Assembly (NCBI GenBank): GCA_963720545.1 | Contig: OY970399.1 | Coordinates: forward strand, 3,347,022-3,411,021 | Direction: 5' to 3' | DNA length: 64,000 nucleotides | Source of the DNA: an uncultured Acidobacteriota bacterium | GTDB taxonomy: Bacteria > Acidobacteriota > Vicinamibacteria > Fen-336 | Shown here: one piece after another, positions 59,958 to 64,000 of the stretch | Layout: the number at the start of each line of letters is the position of its first letter | How positions within the stretch are numbered: position 1 is the first letter of the stretch | Notes under the pieces: model-generated | The model's input: only the letters and a program-made list of their open reading frames with translations | Told to the model about the DNA's origin: nothing | Databases searched by the model: none | Made by a program: the position numbers and the translations under genes

Positions 59958-61859
59958 TCAGCCAGCCGGCTCGCCGTCGGGCACCAGCCACAGCACCTCA
60001 TAAGCGGCGAGCCGCAGCGCCAGCTGGCCGCCGCGCGCCGCGAACACCCGGCCCGAGACGAGGTCGCGCCATTCGGAGCGCAGCGCTCCCAGCTGCGCGC
60101 GCGACAACGCCGCCGGCTGTTCCTCGGCCGTGACGTTGACGAGCGCCACCACCAGGCTCGCGCCGTCGGCGCTGCCGCGGCGCAGCGCGAAGATCGCGTC
60201 GCTGAGCGTGAGGATCTCCTGCGCGGCGTTCGGGTGGAACGCCGGCACCGCGATGCGGCGGCGCACCAGGCGGCGGAAGCGCGTCGCCACTTCGTGCACC
60301 CAGCTGCTGCTGTCGCCGAGCGCCGTGAACAGCGCCTGCTCGTCGATGGTCTTGCGGTTGATGCTGCGCGCCTCGCGGCCCTCGAGCACCGCGCCGGTGT
60401 CGTTCTTCGCGCCGAAGGCGCTCGGGAAATACACGCCGGGCACGCCGCGCAGCGCCAGCGCAATGGCGCGCGAGGCGATGAAGCGGTCCACCTGCGTGTC
60501 CTGCGATTCTTCGGCGCCCTCGCGGTTGAGCGCGCTGTACCAGGTGACGTTCAGCTCGTAGGGGCTCTGCGAGCCGTCGCCCATCGTGCGATACGAGACC
60601 AGGCCGCCGTGCGCCTGCACGCGCTCGACCAGCGCCGCGATTTCCGCGGGCGTCAGGATGCCCTGCGCGCCGAGCAGCCCGATGCCGTCGTGCGAGTCGA
60701 GGAAGTTGAAGTAGGTGGCGGTGTCCGACACCTTCTGCAGGTTCGCGGCCCACTGCCGCAGCCGCGCGCAGTCGCCGGCGTGGAACGTGTGCAGCACCAG
60801 GGGCGGCAGCGCGAAGTTGTAGACCATCTGCGCCTCGCCGCTGCCGTCGCCGAAATAACTGACGTTGTCGGCGTGCGGCACGTTGGTCTCGGTGACCAGC
60901 GCCACCTGCGGCGCCACCACGTCGAGCACCGTGCGGAACAGCTGCACCAGGGCGTGGGTCTCCTTGAGGTGCGCGCAGCGCGTGCCGAGCTCGCGCCAGA
61001 TGTAGGTGACGGCGTCGAGGCGCACGATGTCGGCGCCGCGGCGCACGTAGTAGAGGAGGATCTCCATCACGCGCAGCAGCACGCGCTCGTTGCGGAAGTT
61101 GAGGTCCACCTGGTCGGGGCTGAAGGTGGTCCAGACGAACTTCGCGCCGTTGATGGAGCGGAACGGCGACAGCAGGTCGGTGGTGCGCGGCCGCATGATG
61201 AGCCGCAGGTGGTCGCGGTCGATGGCGTCGCGGGTGTTGAAGGCGACGAAGAAGTCCTCGTAGCCGGGCGCGCCGTTGAGGAACGCCTGGAACCACTGGC
61301 TCTTGGCCGAGGCGTGGTTGAAGACGCCGTCGAACATCAGCCGGTAGCGCAGGCCGAGGTCCTCGATCTGCGCCCAGCTGCCGAGGCGCGGGTCCACTTC
61401 CTCATAGTCGGTGATGGAGAAGCCGCGGTCGGACGAGTAGGGGAAGAACGGCAGGATGTGCACGATGTTGATGGCGCCGCGCATGAAGGTGTCGAGGAAC
61501 GCCGCGAGCGCCTGCAGGGGCAGGCGTCCCGGCGAGGTGAGCAGGTCGCCGTAGGTGATGAGGATGACGTCCTTCTCGGTGAAGCGCTCGCGCGGGTCGA
61601 AGGTGGCGGCCTCGGCCACCATCTCTTCCGTGCGGTGCGCGTGATAGACGCGCATCAGCCGTTCCAGCTCCGGATAGCATGCGTTGGCGCGCGCCGCGCC
61701 GTAGATCGCGGTGAGACGGCTGCAGATGCGCTCCTTGTGCTCGGCGGAGACGGTGAGGAGCGGCCGCGAATAGTCGGGTTCGGGCAGGTGCACGCGCTGG
61801 TAGCGCTGCGAAAGGAGCTGGTCGCCCGGCGTCGTCGTCATTCGGCGAGATGCCGCCAC
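59958..61859 (-). CDS. GH13 sugar phosphorylase (sucrose/glucosylglycerate phosphorylase-like)
   Basis: Alpha-amylase-family catalytic blocks (DGVFNHAS, RLDAVTYIW, FLDSHD); start ATG 61859 or 61841. Confidence 0.75.
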   Translation of the reverse strand: MAASRRMTTTPGDQLLSQRYQRVHLPEPDYSRPLLTVSAEHKERICSRLTAIYGAARANACYPELERLMRVYHAHRTEEMVAEAATFDPRERFTEKDVILITYGDLLTSPGRLPLQALAAFLDTFMRGAINIVHILPFFPYSSDRGFSITDYEEVDPRLGSWAQIEDLGLRYRLMFDGVFNHASAKSQWFQAFLNGAPGYEDFFVAFNTRDAIDRDHLRLIMRPRTTDLLSPFRSINGAKFVWTTFSPDQVDLNFRNERVLLRVMEILLYYVRRGADIVRLDAVTYIWRELGTRCAHLKETHALVQLFRTVLDVVAPQVALVTETNVPHADNVSYFGDGSGEAQMVYNFALPPLVLHTFHAGDCARLRQWAANLQKVSDTATYFNFLDSHDGIGLLGAQGILTPAEIAALVERVQAHGGLVSYRTMGDGSQSPYELNVTWYSALNREGAEESQDTQVDRFIASRAIALALRGVPGVYFPSAFGAKNDTGAVLEGREARSINRKTIDEQALFTALGDSSSWVHEVATRFRRLVRRRIAVPAFHPNAAQEILTLSDAIFALRRGSADGASLVVALVNVTAEEQPAALSRAQLGALRSEWRDLVSGRVFAARGGQLALRLAAYEVLWLVPDGEPAG

Positions 61860-61893
61860 GGAATCAGCGTATCAAACGCGCGCCCGCAGGCGC

Positions 61894-63936
61894 TCAGTAG
61901 GCGAGCAGCCGCTCGAGGGCCTCGTCGACGCGGCCCCTGGGCGAGAACACTTCCTCGAGTGCCTTGCTGAACGGCACCGGCGTGTCGAGCGCGCCGAGCC
62001 GCATCACCGGCGCGTCGAGCCAGGTGAAGGCCTCGCGGCCGATGGTGGCCGCGATCTCGCCGCCGAAGCCGCCGGTGACCGGCGCCTCGTGCAGCACCAG
62101 GCAGCGGCCGGTGCGCTTCACCGACGCGACCACCATCTCGACGTCCCACGGCAGCAGCGAGCGCAGGTCGATGAGCTCGATCTTGCGGTCCTGGGCGGCG
62201 AAGCGGTCGACCGCGGCGTCGGCCCACAGGACGCCGGCGCCGTAGGTGACGATGGTCGCATCGCTGCCCACCCGCACCATGCGTCCGCGACCGATCGGCA
62301 CGGTGTAGTAGCCGGCCGGCACCGGGCCCTTCACCTGGCGGTACAGGAACTTGTGTTCGAGATACAGCACCGGGTTGCCGTCGGCGAACGCGGCGAGCAG
62401 CAGCCCCTTGGCGTCGTAGGGTGTCGACGGCTCCACCACCTTGAGCCCGGCGACGCTCGTGAACCACGACTCGACGTTTTGCGAATGGAACGGGCCGGCG
62501 CCCACGCCGCCGCCGATCGGGGCGCGGATCACCACCGGCACGTCGGCGGCCCAGCGATAGCGCGTCTTCGCGAGGTTGTTGACGATCTGGTTGAACCCGC
62601 AGGAGATGAAGTCGCCGAACTGCATTTCGACCATCGGCTTGAAGCCGTCGAGCGCCAGCCCCAGCGCGCAGCCGAGCGCGCCCGACTCGATGATCGGCGT
62701 GTTGCGCACCCGCGCCTTGCCGTACTTTTCGAGGAAGCCCTCGGTGACCTTGAAGACGCCGCCGTAGTCGGCGATGTCCTGGCCGATGAGCACGGTCTTC
62801 TGGTCGCGCTCCATCGCTTCGGCGAGTCCGTCCTGCACCGCGTCCACGAAGCGCATGTCCCTGCCCGCCACGGTCGCCTCGGGGGTCGGATCCACGGGCG
62901 GCGGCGCTGCGGCGTACACGTCGGCCAGCTCGGCGGCAGCGGTCGACTGCGGCTGCGGCGCCGCGAGCGCCTCGTCCACCAGCGCGTCCACCTTCGCCTT
63001 GATCTCGGCGCGCACCGCGAGGTGCTCGTTCGGCGGCATCACGCCCTGCTCGAGCAGCAGCCGCTCGAGGCGCACCACCGGGTCCTTCTGGCCCCACTCC
63101 GCGATCAGCTGGTCCGGGACGTAGTCGGTGCCCGATGCCTCCTCGTGGCCGCGCATGCGGAAGGTCTTGAACTCGAGGAGTGTCGGCCCCTCGCCGCGGC
63201 GCGCGCGCTCGGCGGCATCGGCCACCGCGTGGTACACCGCGATCACGTTGTTGCCGTCCACCACCGCGCCCTGCATGCCGTAGCCGGCCGCCTTGTCGGC
63301 GAGGTTGCGGCAGGCGAACTGCTCCGACGTCGGCGTCGACAGCGCGTACTGGTTGTTCTCGACCACGAACAGCACCGGCAGCTTCCACACCGCCGCCAGG
63401 TTGACCGCCTCGTGGAAGTCGCCTTCGCTCGTGGCACCTTCGCCGCAGAAGGCCGCGGCCACCTGCTTCGTGCCCTTGAGGCGCGCGGCCAGCGCCAGGC
63501 CGTCGGCCACCGGCAGCATCGCGGCGAGGTGGCTGATCATGCCGACGATGCGCTTTTCCGGCACGGCGAAATGGAAGGTGCGGTCGCGGCCCTTGGTGAA
63601 GCCGCCGTCGCGGCCGAACAGCTGGCGAAAGAGCTGCGCGAGGTCGACCCCGCGGGTGGTGAAGACCCCGAGGTTCCGGTGCATCGGCAGGATCCAGTCG
63701 GAGGGCTCGAGCGCCGACGCCACGCCCACCGCGATCGCCTCCTGGCCCATGCCCGAGAACCACTTCGAGAGGCGGCCCTGGCGCAGCAGCAGCAGCGCCT
63801 TTTCTTCGATGATCCGCGGCAGCAGCAGCGCGCGGTAGATCTGGCGCAGTTTCACCGGGCCGATGCGCGCGGCGAGCGCCAGGTCTTCCGGGATCGCGCC
63901 CTTCATGAGGAACGTGGAAGGCGACGCTGCGATCAT
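61894..63936 (-). CDS. 2-oxoacid dehydrogenase E1 component with fused alpha and beta subunits (TPP-dependent)
   Basis: N-terminal half has the TPP-binding alpha-subunit pattern (GEGATSEGDFHEAVNLAAVWKLP, NNQYALSTP); C-terminal half is transketolase-like beta (IGQDIADYGGVFKVT, PIIESGALGCALGLAL). Confidence 0.8.
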   Translation of the reverse strand: MIAASPSTFLMKGAIPEDLALAARIGPVKLRQIYRALLLPRIIEEKALLLLRQGRLSKWFSGMGQEAIAVGVASALEPSDWILPMHRNLGVFTTRGVDLAQLFRQLFGRDGGFTKGRDRTFHFAVPEKRIVGMISHLAAMLPVADGLALAARLKGTKQVAAAFCGEGATSEGDFHEAVNLAAVWKLPVLFVVENNQYALSTPTSEQFACRNLADKAAGYGMQGAVVDGNNVIAVYHAVADAAERARRGEGPTLLEFKTFRMRGHEEASGTDYVPDQLIAEWGQKDPVVRLERLLLEQGVMPPNEHLAVRAEIKAKVDALVDEALAAPQPQSTAAAELADVYAAAPPPVDPTPEATVAGRDMRFVDAVQDGLAEAMERDQKTVLIGQDIADYGGVFKVTEGFLEKYGKARVRNTPIIESGALGCALGLALDGFKPMVEMQFGDFISCGFNQIVNNLAKTRYRWAADVPVVIRAPIGGGVGAGPFHSQNVESWFTSVAGLKVVEPSTPYDAKGLLLAAFADGNPVLYLEHKFLYRQVKGPVPAGYYTVPIGRGRMVRVGSDATIVTYGAGVLWADAAVDRFAAQDRKIELIDLRSLLPWDVEMVVASVKRTGRCLVLHEAPVTGGFGGEIAATIGREAFTWLDAPVMRLGALDTPVPFSKALEEVFSPRGRVDEALERLLAY

Positions 63937-64000
63937 GGTGTCCGCGGACCGCTGGATGATGGTTGCCGGCGCCTCGCCCGGGTCCGTGTCGCGCTTCCAC

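Overview
High-GC (~70%) bacterial chromosomal segment, densely coding on both strands, with a gene repertoire (ADOP-type orphan permease, VWA protein, zinc-ribbon Ser/Thr kinase, hpnCDE) that suggests an Acidobacteria-like lineage; this lineage call is an inference. All calls come from reading the six-frame track and the sequence by eye; no database search was run. Recognisable content: a rarA-trmH pair, greA, methionine-related enzymes, lpxD with an upstream bactofilin, uvrB, an nrtR-nadA-nadB-nadC NAD biosynthesis unit, squalene synthesis genes hpnC-hpnD-hpnE followed by ggt, a def-infA-fpg housekeeping run, and a purine catabolism cluster (three-subunit xanthine dehydrogenase, urate-to-allantoin enzymes, allantoinase, allantoicase, a deaminase). 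No rRNA, tRNA, CRISPR array, integrase or transposase was found. The most interesting signals are: (1) a family of six near-identical intergenic hairpin elements, five of them starting 0-6 nt after a stop codon, one pair in a MITE-like inverted arrangement, with two stem variants that differ by compensatory changes; (2) a lone tandem-BMC (PduT-like) shell protein gene convergent with an LDH/MDH-fold gene that appears to lack catalytic residues, with no other microcompartment genes in the window; (3) a lower-GC, repeat-rich stretch fused in frame to the 3' end of the xanthine dehydrogenase 2Fe-2S subunit gene, encoding a Lys/Arg-rich repeat tail.
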